Below are positions 10,901 to 22,295 of a stretch of DNA of 64,000 nt, in pieces. The stretch lies in NCBI GenBank assembly GCA_013265495.1, contig MU058844.1:8183260-8247259 (forward strand), read 5' to 3'. Each line of letters opens with the position of its first letter. Positions within the stretch are counted from its first letter, which is position 1. The notes beneath the pieces were generated by a model, which made no database searches, was not told the DNA's origin, and worked only from the letters and a program-made list of their open reading frames with translations. This DNA comes from Vicugna vicugna (taxonomy: Eukaryota). A program made the translations under genes and the position numbers.

Positions 10901-13723
10901 TTATTTTATGTATTCCTATCATGATCTCACAAAAGAATCAAGCTAACTCTCAAAGAAGGGAAGATGAATCAAATGCCCATCAGCCAGAATTCTTTCTACA
11001 GTATTAACAGCACAAATTTCTTTAGATCTCCTGGCTTCTTTCATCACTGCTGTTTCTCCAGAGGTGATCAAGAGCCAGAATTGTTTGCATATCTTAGCAG
11101 AGAGCCTGACTCAGTCAGTATTTCTACATAATTTTAAATCAGGCATGGCATTTCACTTCAAGTCAATACTATTCATCCTAGATGGAAAGACAATAATAAA
11201 TCCACCCATTGCTCATGTTGCTAATGCCATTAATATACTATAGTTATAACTTTTATCTACAGAGTTCATATGTCCACATGTCAGTTTATTTCATATTTCA
11301 AATGCTTCTTGAACATTATAGTATACTTGAACCTACTGGATCTTCCCTCTTTACTAACAACTTCTGGAATTCAGTATATGCCTAATTAGAGCCTACGGGA
11401 TGCAATTCTTTTCCCCACACTGTTTTGGATGCCCTTAATTGCTTGGCAAAGCCCCATTTCTTACACCTGCCATTAAGAAGATTAAAAAAAAAAGTGTTTA
11501 ACTTTGTTAATCCCACGTTTCAGTGACTGGTTTCAAAAAGACAAAAGGAATGAATCTAGAGACTTTAGGAAGCCATTTGGCACAAGGAAATGCTTTATCA
11601 CCTACAGGGAGCATCCCTCAGTGAGTAAGGAACCTCTGGCGACAGACAGAAATAGAAAACAGGCTTCTTCTAAAAGTCCATTCAGAGCCCCTTGGTTCTG
11701 AAAGTGAAGAAAGGGAGAAGCTACAGGCATTTACAATTTCAGAACTCTAGAAGGAGACAAACAACAGGCCAAGTGTTTACAGTGAAGTCAATGGGAGATT
11801 TTAAGGACATAATTATAACATCCATTTTCCGGAGTCACTGAGGTGCCAGTTGGAAAAGATGGGGACATCAGTTCTTAAACATGACAAGGGTCTGGGAGAG
11901 CTGTGAGGGAGATAAAGGAAAGCCAACGAAGCTAGTAATGTTTTTCTCATCACACTAGGAAGACTACAACTGAACAAACTGTAGATAGGGAAAGTGACAC
12001 ATGTGAAATACAAACGAGCATGTAAGCAGGGGAGCTGCTGGTGGGAAGGGCAGGGGAGGGCTGCAGAGGGGAAAACGAGCATATTGGCAGTCCCAGCACT
12101 GCCCACCCCCCCACCCAAGCAACTCCGCTATGTACATCACTACTGTTCTTAGCCTATCAAATATTGTTATTAAAAAGAAAATAAATCATGTAGCCATGAG
12201 AATTGAGCCTTCAACAAATATGTCACTTAATCTCAATTTTGCCAGTAGCTACAGGTACCTGCAATGATGTAAGAATTTTGAATATTTCCACTGAATTTGT
12301 AGGAAAAATTATTTTCCTTATTCTAAATATCTATGTAAGAGGTCAGAAGTCCTGTCATGTCCTCTCCCTACCTGAATAATACTGCTATAATAAACTCTTT
12401 CCCAAAATAAAAAGCACTTTGTCAAAAAAGGTATTTCCAAAATGTTACATAATAATATAATAACAGACGCTGTTATCAAGTCACATTTAAAATACAGAAA
12501 CAGATCTGATTTTTTTATTTTTTAAGGAAACCCATGACAGACTTTTTGTAAAGAAATCATTCAAATATTATTGGGACACTGAAAAGTCTATTCCTAACTC
12601 ACTCTAAAACGCCATTTTGGGAAAGTACATTCTACTCTCTTAAAATAGGACACACACTTTATCAGAATGGAGTAAGGAAAGAAAAGTTTAGCCCACTGTT
12701 GCTCCAAGGATATTTAACGTTCAATACCTGTCTTTAGTCAGCTAAGGGAATTATATACACACAGACCTGTGCCGATATGATAAAATAAATTTTACTTAGG
12801 TCAAAGATAACTGTGAAAGATAAAGACTTTAAGAAGCAAATCTTAGCAAGCAACAATCTGGGAAGATTTAGCAAACACTAACACTACAGGGGAAAATATG
12901 AATTCATTTCCATATAGATGGGTTCTGTACTATTCGAACCCTTTAAAAGTCTAAACATCATTATAAACAATTCCTTAGTAGTAGCTCCTTTCCAATTCAG
13001 AAACACTTAAAATAGCAAACAAGCTATTACATATAAAGTGAAAGTTCAGTTCAGAAAATAAGTACGATGACATTTCATAAATAATACCTCTTAGCCATCC
13101 CATCCTACTCAGACCATCTAAAATTAACTCTAAAATAAACTTCAATGGAAAAACCATGCAACTATAGAAAACGATAAAAACCGCTTCGCTGACTAGATAG
13201 CGAAAATATAAATATGAAAAAGATTTTACCAGTTTATATCGGGTATACTCATCAAAATGTACAACCCTACCACCCAACCAAAACATAACGTGTCAGACAG
13301 AAACAGCCTAATAAAGATCACTGAGCAAACAAAACACCGTCAGGGCCAGACACAAACTGCACTGCCACCCAGGCTTCCACAGCACGATGAAGACAAAGCA
13401 AATGAAGCACTTATCACTTCCTCCAGTTTGTAATAAAACAGGTATGCATGGGGAATTCTTTCTTAAATGCTATACAGACAGAAATCAACTACAGCATAAC
13501 TGAAGAGTAAAAATATTCTTAGAAAGAAGAAAACATCTACAAGATCCCTTGGGGCTCGGGTTCCTCCCACCACAAGGTCCCTGCAGAGACTGGGGAAACT
13601 CCGGGAAGAGCTCTAGGGGGCTTGAGACATTATGTGGGTGTATGTATTCCAGTAACACTTTATTTGTAAACACTGAAACTTGAATTAAAAATGATTTTTC
13701 TTAATATATTATCTTTCTTATGA

Positions 13724-13981
13724 TTTTTTTTATTATTATCGAAGTATAGTCAGTTTATAATGTGTCAATTTCTGGTGTACAGCCTAATAGTTCAGTCATG
13801 CATATACATACATATATTCATTTTCATATTCTTTTCCATTATAGGTTACTGCTGAATATAGTTTCCTGTGCTATACAGTATAAACTTGTTCTGTTTTTTA
13901 TATACAGTAGTTAGTATCTACAAATCTCAAACTCCCAATTTATCCTTTCCCACTCTTTTCCCCTCCTGGTAACCGTAAGTC
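13724..13981 (-). mobile_element. 5'-truncated L1 3' end
   Basis: Poly-T followed by reverse L1 3' UTR (gaagtatagtcagtttataatg...ctggtgtacagc...ctggtaaccgtaagt). No clear TSD. Confidence 0.85.
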
Positions 13982-14068
13982 TATTTCAAAGATGCCAGGC
14001 CCGGTCACTGCTGCAGACAAAAGGAAGAGACAGAGCAAGCAATATTCCAATCAAGGAATCCCCAATTA

Positions 14069-14079
14069 ATGAGTCAGCA
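14069..14079 (+). promoter_or_regulatory. ARE / NF-E2 (CNC-sMAF) consensus site
   Basis: ATGAGTCAGCA followed by an A/T-rich flank. Motif evidence only. Confidence 0.35.
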
Positions 14080-15119
14080 AAGTTCACATTTCAACACTCA
14101 TCATTGATGTTACTTCAAAATACTGGTTGAGGCTCATTTTTCCAGAGAATACTTAACCAAAAAATCTACTTCCTTCTCAGAAATACCTGCTGGTAAAAAT
14201 AACTCTCAAAGTACAAATGGGAGGAAATTAATTCAGTATTATTGATCTCAGTGTTGACATGACTAAAATGACGGCCACAGAAGAAATAAAATCATCCCAC
14301 TTCTGAATTGTGAGAGATTACAACTTACTGGGTGATACATAATGGCCTACCACCTTGTGCCATCTTTCCATTATTGCTTAATACTGTAATTAAAACGGGG
14401 TGGGAGAGATAGCCTCCAGGTGTGTATGGTACTTTTTCAACTAGACTGCAATTCCTTTGAAGAAGGAAGGTAGAAGTTTAGGTGTGTACCTGTCTTTTTT
14501 CCTGACCCTTTGCACACATGGAGATAGATAACCCTTAGAACAATCTGATCTGTTGCTTCTTAATGGAAAGAAAACCTCAGCAAACAGAACACAAGGAATT
14601 CAGAAAAAGGTATCAGCAAAGCAACAAACAGGTTAACTTTCTATGTTGTTCTACAGGCAAGAAAAAGTAAAAACACCTTAAAGACAGTAGTCACAGCAAT
14701 GACCAAAACTTGAGAAGAAATCTAAAAATCAGAGAGGATACAATACAAAGCCATCTTGCTTTCTCTCATTATTTTAATATTTACTTGAATCGAAACAGAT
14801 ATTAACTCTGACTCAGGGCCTTCCACCTATTACATGGAGAACAAATATCTGCAGAAATGAACCATACCCTCCAAGGGTCAAGGGTCAGCTCTGAGTCCTG
14901 GTCTCTAGAATCCTTAAGACTAGAGAATTCTAAAGTAACAAAGAGAAACCAAGCTTAGGCTGACAACTCAGGTTTGACAATGGGAGATTGTAATTTTTTT
15001 CTTCAATGTCACTATTTTCTTTAGGGTATTTGAATGAATGTGGTAATAAACATTTCTTCTGTTGCTGCCCTATCTTATGAAGCCTGCTTAAATTATGCAG
15101 TCCAGTAATAAAGTTATAG

Positions 15120-15182
15120 GTATGCATGTACACACACACATATATATACATACACACGTGTGTGTGTGCATGTGTATGCACA
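15120..15182. repeat. 63-bp uninterrupted purine-pyrimidine alternating tract (CA/TA/TG mix)
   Basis: gtatgcatgtacacacacacatatatatacatacacacgtgtgtgtgtgcatgtgtatgcaca alternates R/Y throughout. Confidence 0.85.
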
Positions 15183-15789
15183 AGTATATGTAGAATTTAA
15201 GTTTAGAAAAACTTAAATTCTGTATCTGAGAACCAACTCCTTCCATCTGAAAAAAGAGAGGCGGGTGGGAGAGGCAGAGGACCAATCTTTATGGAATTCC
15301 ATCCATCAAGAAAATTATAAGCTTTCTACAGTTTTGAATTCATTGGAAAAATTAGTAAGTGGTTTAAAAAACTTTCATCAATGGACAAATCATGTAGGAA
15401 ATTATAAAAATAAGGACAAAACAACAGATTTTCTTAATAAAGGAATCAATAAAAGTAACATTTCAAAATATTAGGAAAAATTCCTTTAATTCACAGTATC
15501 TCTCGTATAATCCAATCATGTGGGTAAAAAAAGAAAGAGAAAAACTTTCAGTCATATAGTCTTTTATTTGTAAAACCTATTTTCCCATTTGAAAACAAAG
15601 AGCTTAACTGCCAGTAACTTGGTAAACCAACTAACAATCACATGATACAAAGAAAAGAAAAGGTTAAATTCTCATATTCCAGTGCAGAAGAACATGTTCC
15701 GAGTTTTGTTTTGGTTTTCTGGTTTTAGATTAAAAATGGAAATAGCTGATACCAAGAGAAAGAATAGGCTCAGGATGAAGCAAAGGACA

Positions 15790-15799
15790 GGGAAATTCC
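15790..15799 (+). promoter_or_regulatory. NF-kB consensus site
   Basis: GGGAAATTCC fits GGGRNNYYCC. Motif evidence only. Confidence 0.3.
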
Positions 15800-16761
15800 T
15801 ATTCCAACAGCATTTCCCAATTGGGGCAAAAATCAAAGCAAAGTGGAGTTTGCTCCCTACATCTTTCCTATCTAAAGTTCTGATGCTCAAGAAATTCCCC
15901 AGCAACCTCAGGCCCTAAGGAGAGCTTGCCAAGTAAAACTGAGTCCTTTCCCACTGACCATATCTTGATGACTCCTCCATCGCTATACCTTTAAGAGAAA
16001 CAAAAACTGTAAGGAAGGCAGGAAAAATGCCTTCCCTCTGTGCCAGGAAACATCCTTTAATTATTCACTCATATCATTCCCAAATGGAAACTGAAAATAA
16101 AGAAGACACAGTAGTTATAACCTACATTATTTTTTTGAAAAATCTAATGTGACTGGAATGAAAAGCACTCACACACACACACACATACAAGATAAACTGA
16201 TGACATTCAGAAAGCTCCAGGGCAACTCCTGAGCATATATCTGGAGGAAGCTCTAATTCAAAAAGATACATGCAGCCCAATGTTCATAGCAGCACTATAT
16301 ACAATAGTCAAGATACGGAAACAACCTCAATGTCCATTGACAGATGACTGGATAAAGAAGTTGTGGTATATTTATACAATGGAATACTATTCAGCCATAA
16401 AAAAAAAAATAAAGCCATTTGCAGCAACATGGATGGACCTGGAGATTGTCATTCTAAGTGAAGTAAGCCAGAAAGAGAAAGAAAAATACCATATGACATC
16501 ACTTATATGTGGAATCTAAAAAAAATAAAAAGACAAATGGACTTATTTATAAAACAGAAACAGATTCACAGACATAGAAAACAAACTTATGGTTACCGGG
16601 GGGAAGGGGGTAGGGCAGAGGGATAAACTGGGAATTCAAGATTTGCAAATACTAACTACTATATATAAAATAGATAACAAGGTCCTACTGCATAGCACAG
16701 GGAACTATATTCAGTAGCTTGTAATAGCTTATAATGAAAAAGAATATGAAAAGGAATATGA

Positions 16762-16813
<52 letters not shown>

Positions 16814-16828
16814 ATATCTGTATATTTG
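16762..16828. repeat. (TA)n(TG)n microsatellite in the L1 3' UTR
   Basis: Read directly from the sequence. Confidence 0.9.
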
Positions 16829-16931
16829 NNNNNNNNNNNNNNNNNNNNNNNNNNNNNNNNNNNNNNNNNNNNNNNNNNNNNNNNNNNNNNNNNNNNNNNN
16901 NNNNNNNNNNNNNNNNNNNNNNNNNNNNNNN
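16829..16931. other. Assembly gap (103 N)
   Basis: Run of N. Confidence 1.
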
Positions 16932-16937
16932 ATATTG

Positions 16938-17058
16938 ATCTCCACCTCAGGGATATACTTCTCAGTAACATACCGTGTCAATCTCGTACCACTTCCACTT
17001 TCTAAATATGTAGGTCCTCCTACCACACAGCCCACCTTCCCCAGGATGCAATGCCCTA
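16938..17058 (+). repeat. 121-bp direct duplicate of 17586-17706
   Basis: Ungapped by-eye alignment gives 11 mismatches in 121 nt. Confidence 0.95.
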
Positions 17059-18479
17059 TATATATAACTAAATCACTATATTGTATACCAGAAATTAACA
17101 CAATATTGTAGACTGACTATACTTCAATTAAAAAAATATAAAAAGAAAGCTTCAGGGCAGAATTCTGTAATAAAGCTGATATTCTCCACTAAGGAAAATA
17201 ATTAGCTGTTAATTCCAGCTGAGTATTTGCTGGGAAAATTAAAGACCAAAAACCAGAAAATAAAGCCTGGAATTTGCCTGACAAAATGCTAACCCCACAC
17301 TTTCTAACCCCTTTTGAACTTTCAGATAGAAGCCAAAAGGAGGTCAGCCTTGGCCTACAGCCGGAGGGAGAAAGTGGTGAGGTGGCCTTAAGGCACTGGG
17401 GTAAAAGAAAGGTGAGAATGTAGCTTCCTTTTAATGTCTACACATTCAGCCGGGTGACCGGCAGTGAGCGAGGACACCACAGCACATGATTAATTTGTGA
17501 CCCTCTATTAATTTCCAACAGGCAAGTAGGAAACAGGAATTTTATCAAGCCATAGGAGCAGAGCAATTACATAGACCTAACACCCATCTCCACCTCAGGG
17601 ATATACTTCTCAGTAACATACCATATCAACATCGTCCCATTACCACTTTCTAAATACGCAGGTCCTCCTACAACACAGCCCACCTTCCCCAGGATACAAT
17701 GCCCTAACCAATGCGTTTAAAGGGGGTTTTCAAGCTCCCAAGGAGGGAAGTTGGTCCGAAATAATTAACTGGGGTATGGGAGAAATCTACTGAAGCTTCT
17801 ATTTGTATCTCTTTATTTGGCTTTTTCCATTTTTGTCAGCTTCTCATATACGAGACATTTTACTACACTATATTTTCCAAATATTTAGTGCACATGTGTT
17901 TCCAAATTTTTTTGGAAAGACAGAGCAAATTAGTCAGAACAAGAGAAGAAAACCTACCAGCTCACAGGCAGGCCGGCCCTACACATTGCTGTCTGCTGAG
18001 GGGAATTCTCATCAAACACGGCTGTCATGGGAATTCTCATCATCCTGGGTGTCCCATTCTAAAGCTGGCAAAGTACAGTGATACACATTATCTCAGCATG
18101 ACTCCTCGCCACCCTGGGACATAGCAGGTGGATGGGGGCACAATGCCTGCTGAGAAAACCAAGAATGAGGAGGAACCATCTGAGGGTGATTCTGTCCTCT
18201 TCCTCAGCCTGCTGCTCCACTCCTGCACTGGGGTTGTGTTACCCTGGACAAAAATCACCCTCTTGAAGATCCTTCAAGTTCTGGGAAACGGTAAGATGTA
18301 ATCTTCCTGACATGACAACTTGGTATGAGCCCTTTGCTCCCAGGTTTTCATAACAGCGTAATCATTCTTCCAGCCAGATGGGGAAAAAAAAATCATGACT
18401 GTCACGCCCTCACTGAGAAGAAAATGAATTTAGGTAGAGAGGAAAACTCAGCGCCCTCCTAAAGAAAATGCACCATCAA

Positions 18480-18630
18480 GGCGGGAGGATATTGCTCAGT
18501 GATAGAGTGTGTGCTTAGCATGCACAAGATCCAGGATTCAATCCCCAGTATCTCCATGAAAATAAATAAATAAATCTAATTACCTACCCCCCACCAAAAA
18601 AAAAAAACCCCAAAACAAACAAACAAAAAA
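18480..18630 (+). mobile_element. Vic-1-type camelid SINE (tRNA-Ala derived)
   Basis: tRNA-like head (gctcagtgatagagtg...cttagcatgcac...ggattcaatccccagta), then (TAAA)n, ctaattacct and an A-rich tail. Confidence 0.85.
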
Positions 18631-20504
18631 TAATAAAGAAAGTGCCTAGAGTTCCACAGACAGGACATACTTCTACTCACTGGGCTACATATATTGTAGT
18701 GTCAGGTCAATGCCACCAAAAAAAAAGGTCTGTCTCCATCCACCAGCTTCATGTTAGTATTTAAGAGGAAGACAAAGTTGAGGGACAAGAGCAAGGGAGG
18801 ATTTTTAAATTGGCCTTAGGACCACTGAGAGTGTCTGCCTGGCCCTCCCTCCCTCCCTCTCTCCCTTTCTTTCTCTGTTTCCCTCTCTTTCTCTCTCATA
18901 CAGTCATACATCCATCTTTTGGTACAAAGAGCTACCAAAAAATTACTTAAACGCCAAAAACCTGCCCAACAACCAAAAAATAGGTATACCTTCTCATGCC
19001 ATGAATTGTCTAGGTAAGGACTTTTCCTTTAAATGACCTGCCTTCCTTATTTTTAGTACCTATTAATTTTCCCCCAAATCCAGAAAGTTATTCAAACCTA
19101 TTTGGCATCCAGTCTCCTCTGCCCTTAATTGAAGCATTTCTAATCAAAAATTCTAAATGTATCTAATTTTCATTGTAAAAGAAACTGCAGAAACAAGTTT
19201 ATCAAGCCAAGTACCCTGTCAACATAAGATTTACTGTGCCCACAAAAGAATACACCGAAGCATCCTTCCCCCCATAAACTCCACATACTCTTTCTATACA
19301 AAAAGGAAGAGTCAATAATTTTTGTTAATTTCATCGCACTCAATATGTCACATTCTCAAAATTAGGAATAAAGAGACTACTCAGAAGTAACTCAAAGGTA
19401 TCGTGTATCACACAAGCCTTGAATTCTAACTCTTTAAACAGCCATCATCCTTTCATCTAGGAAGGATAAAGAATATTAATGACCACAGGACAAGATTTCT
19501 TTCCATTGCCCTCTTTCCAGAGACAGTGTGCTTCAGTGACTATGCCAGATGCCGATCTCAGAGGTTCTGTCTCAATGTGGCTTTGTAACCAGCTCTCCAA
19601 AGGGACCGAGGGTGAGGTCTTGGACGTGCACTGGCTTCGGTTAACACTTCCATAAGACAAGAATGGCAGAAGGCAGTATTGGTCAAAGAGGTCTGTAATG
19701 CATTCCTGAGCCTTCCATTCCATTCGTCAAGCACCAGGAGGGCCTGCAGGACTCTCAGCTAAAATGCAGATTCAATGCCTATCAAATAAAGCCAGTAACA
19801 AATGCTGGACCTTTCTTTACCAAGGTCAAACACAAGCCAACCATTAGGTCCTCAGAATTTTTCCTTTGTGTCCAATCAGTTGTATCAGACAGTAGATAAC
19901 CATATTGTAAATATTTCCTAAACCTAAGGCCATGTAACCCTCCCTCTCTTTTTCAGCACTCTTAACCATATCTTTACCCACGATCACAGTTCACAACGTT
20001 AACATGGGGGCCGAGATCATCTATTTTTTTCAGATCCCGGAGTCAAGGATTAAAGCAGCTTCCTAAGGAGCGTCTGTCCATCATTAAGAAGCACAAAGGC
20101 CAGAGAGTCAGTTCTTTCCTATTTGTTTATTTATGTTAATGATGTGATTGCTACATATTTCTAAATAAATAGAAATGTTAAGAGGCTTTTCTCCAGGGGT
20201 AGGGGGTCTTCAATCCTGCTAGTTCAGTTTAAGACCACCAATGTGGTCTTTGGAGAGGGTCCTGCTTTCTAAAGCACACAGTTGTTGTAAACAGCAACTG
20301 GTTGAAGGTCTAATTAGCATTAAACAGGCTCCACGAATGAACAGCAAGATGACAAGGGTCACTAAACTAAAGAAGAGGTCAAGCTACCCCAGTCCCACAG
20401 GACAATGCCCGAGGTACCCATGCAAATTAGGGAAGCAGCCCAGGCATGTCTGGGATGAGCAGCAGGACTAAAACCTCCAATCCGCCTTTTACTTTGCCTC
20501 CTAC

Positions 20505-20577
20505 AAAAAAAAAAAAAAGGAAGAAAAAGAAGAAGGAAAACAAGGGAAAAGAAAGAGAACAAAAGAAAGAAAACCAA
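20505..20577. repeat. A-rich purine tract (long polypyrimidine tract on minus, ending in a TAG acceptor at 20501-20503)
   Basis: Read directly from the sequence. Confidence 0.7.
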
Positions 20578-21612
20578 ATGGCCTACTTCTTGGGAACAGC
20601 GTGATAGGTAATTAGTAATCACTTCTGCCTCACAGAAACAACAAATAAGAGGCAGCTAAGAACATCGCAATAGCAACCAAGAGGAATTACAGAATACAAT
20701 TAGCATCTGTGTTAAGATGGGCAGAGGTTTTCTCCCACAACATCCCAGTATTTTCACCACAAAGAGGAAATCTGTACGACCAACTGCCAACTTGTTGATT
20801 TTTTTTTTCTGTTGAAAAAAATAATAAAGAACAAACTCCACACACATACTCCATTCAAATGTGACAAAGAACCCCCTTTTCAAAATGTACTACAGGGCTG
20901 CTGGTTTTTCTCATCCCCCCAGCAGTAAAAACCCTTCTCCAAACTACTGCAAGATAACTGCAGAAATTTGATTTGGAAAAGTTTGAGAGAGAGATTTTCA
21001 GAAAAGCGTTTGGAACCCTATTAAATACTTTGGTCTGGTCATCAAGTATAAAACCCTGCCCTGTTTTGATTTTTTTTTTAATCCCACTTTTGTTCATATC
21101 CAACTTGGGAAAAGTGTTAGCTACTCTGAATGAGAACAGACTTCATATCAGCAAGCAAGTTAGTTAAGGTCAGAAAATATTTATAATTATGAAGGCAAAA
21201 CTTTTGCAAGACAATTCAAAAAAAAACAAATCAAAGTTCAGAAAACATAAAATGTAACATTCATTATTCTAGCCCTATTTTCTAAAATAGAAAGTTGTTT
21301 TTGTAGCAGAAACAAATGAGAGACATAACCCTCCAATCAGTGACTTAAGAACCAGTGTTTGCAGCCAGAAAGCCTATTAAATCTACTTTAAAAAAAAAAA
21401 CTTCTGATATGTTGAAAAATCAATAATAAAAAAGGAAGATAAGATAGAACATTTTTATTTAAATACCTAAGTACTTTTTGTATCCTATGCATTAAGATTT
21501 ACCTCTGAGAACACAAATACGTTTTTACCAAGAAACTGAAAAGTGTTAGTTCAAATTTCTCATGGGCAAAATACTTTTTTTTTTAATTTCTGTATCTAAA
21601 AGAACTAAAAAA

Positions 21613-21735
21613 ATTTTTTTGTGGGGGAGAGGTAATTAGGTTCCTTTCATTCTCTTCCTATGGAGGTACTGGGGATTGAGCCCAGGACCTCATGCATGCC
21701 AAGCGCAACTCTCTACCACTGAGATACACCCTCCC
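21613..21735 (-). mobile_element. Vic-1-type camelid SINE
   Basis: Reverse head: ggaggtactggggattgagcccaggacctcatgcatgccaagc...ctctaccactgagatacaccctccc. Reverse tail aggtaattagg. Confidence 0.88.
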
Positions 21736-22246
21736 AACTTCTAAGAGACTTTTTTTTTAAAGCATATTTCTGAACTGTTCTTGGTCATTCCATTTGACTA
21801 CCAAAGAATATGCAAACTAACTTCATGAACTCCTCTTATATGATGTTACTTATGCTTTTTACTTATTCATATCACAGGGTATCAGTACAATACATAGAAT
21901 TTATCATGTATTCAATAATATCTGTATAATATAAACATTCAATAAAAGAGGCTGCTATCCAAAAGCAGCACTGAGTCTAATATTTTAGGGAACCTATCAC
22001 AAAGTCATTTACTTTATATTTCTTAAAAAAGGGGAAAATGAAATAAAGTTATTTTATTGCTCTTTAAAGCTAGAGAAAACTAGCTTTCCTAGATGTTAGA
22101 ATTATCAGTTAAACTCGTTTGATTAATGAGAATGAGAAAGATATTCTCATTCACTTTAAGATTATCCAAGGCAGACAAGTAAGCAGCAATTTTGCATTAA
22201 ACACTGAAAATAGAGGTTTTAAAAGCAGATATCAGCAAACACTTAC

Positions 22247-22295
22247 GCTGTGCTTTGTTCAGTTTATTAATGACATTACAGTGGGTGTGGATGTG
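22247..22295 (-). other. Strong 49-nt internal exon of an unidentified minus-strand transcript
   Basis: Minus strand reads ctactaatttcctactcactcttttctgttttccttttag|CACATCCACACCCACTGTAATGTCATTAATAAACTGAACAAAGCACAGC|gtaagt. It has a TACTAAT branch point, a clean pyrimidine tract and a gtaagt donor, in non-repeat sequence. Confidence 0.7.

Larger units (their letters stand above)
16225..17143 (+). mobile_element. 5'-truncated L1 (ORF2p C-terminus plus 3' UTR) with a 16-bp TSD
   Basis: ORF 16280-16519 (MFIAALYTI...WIKKLWYIYTMEYYSAIKK...FAATWMDLE...YHMTSLICGI) is the L1 ORF2p end. TSD AGAAAGCTCCAGGGCA 16209-16224 versus AGAAAGCTTCAGGGCA 17144-17159. Confidence 0.95.

Noticed and set aside
16280..16519. 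79-aa ORF with a recognisable protein sequence
   Set aside because: It is the C-terminus of L1 ORF2p in a 5'-truncated copy, not a host gene. The same applies to 49052-49336 and 50637-50858.
18480..18560. tRNA-Ala-like sequences (also about 21660, 31060, 45300, 45425)
   Set aside because: They are degenerate, followed by SINE tails and often TSDs, so they are SINE heads rather than tRNA genes.
19457..19723. 88-aa ATG ORF on minus
   Set aside because: No recognisable homology and no supporting splice sites. The length is within chance expectation.
20442..20451. Perfect p53 half-site AGGCATGTCT
   Set aside because: No adequate second half-site.
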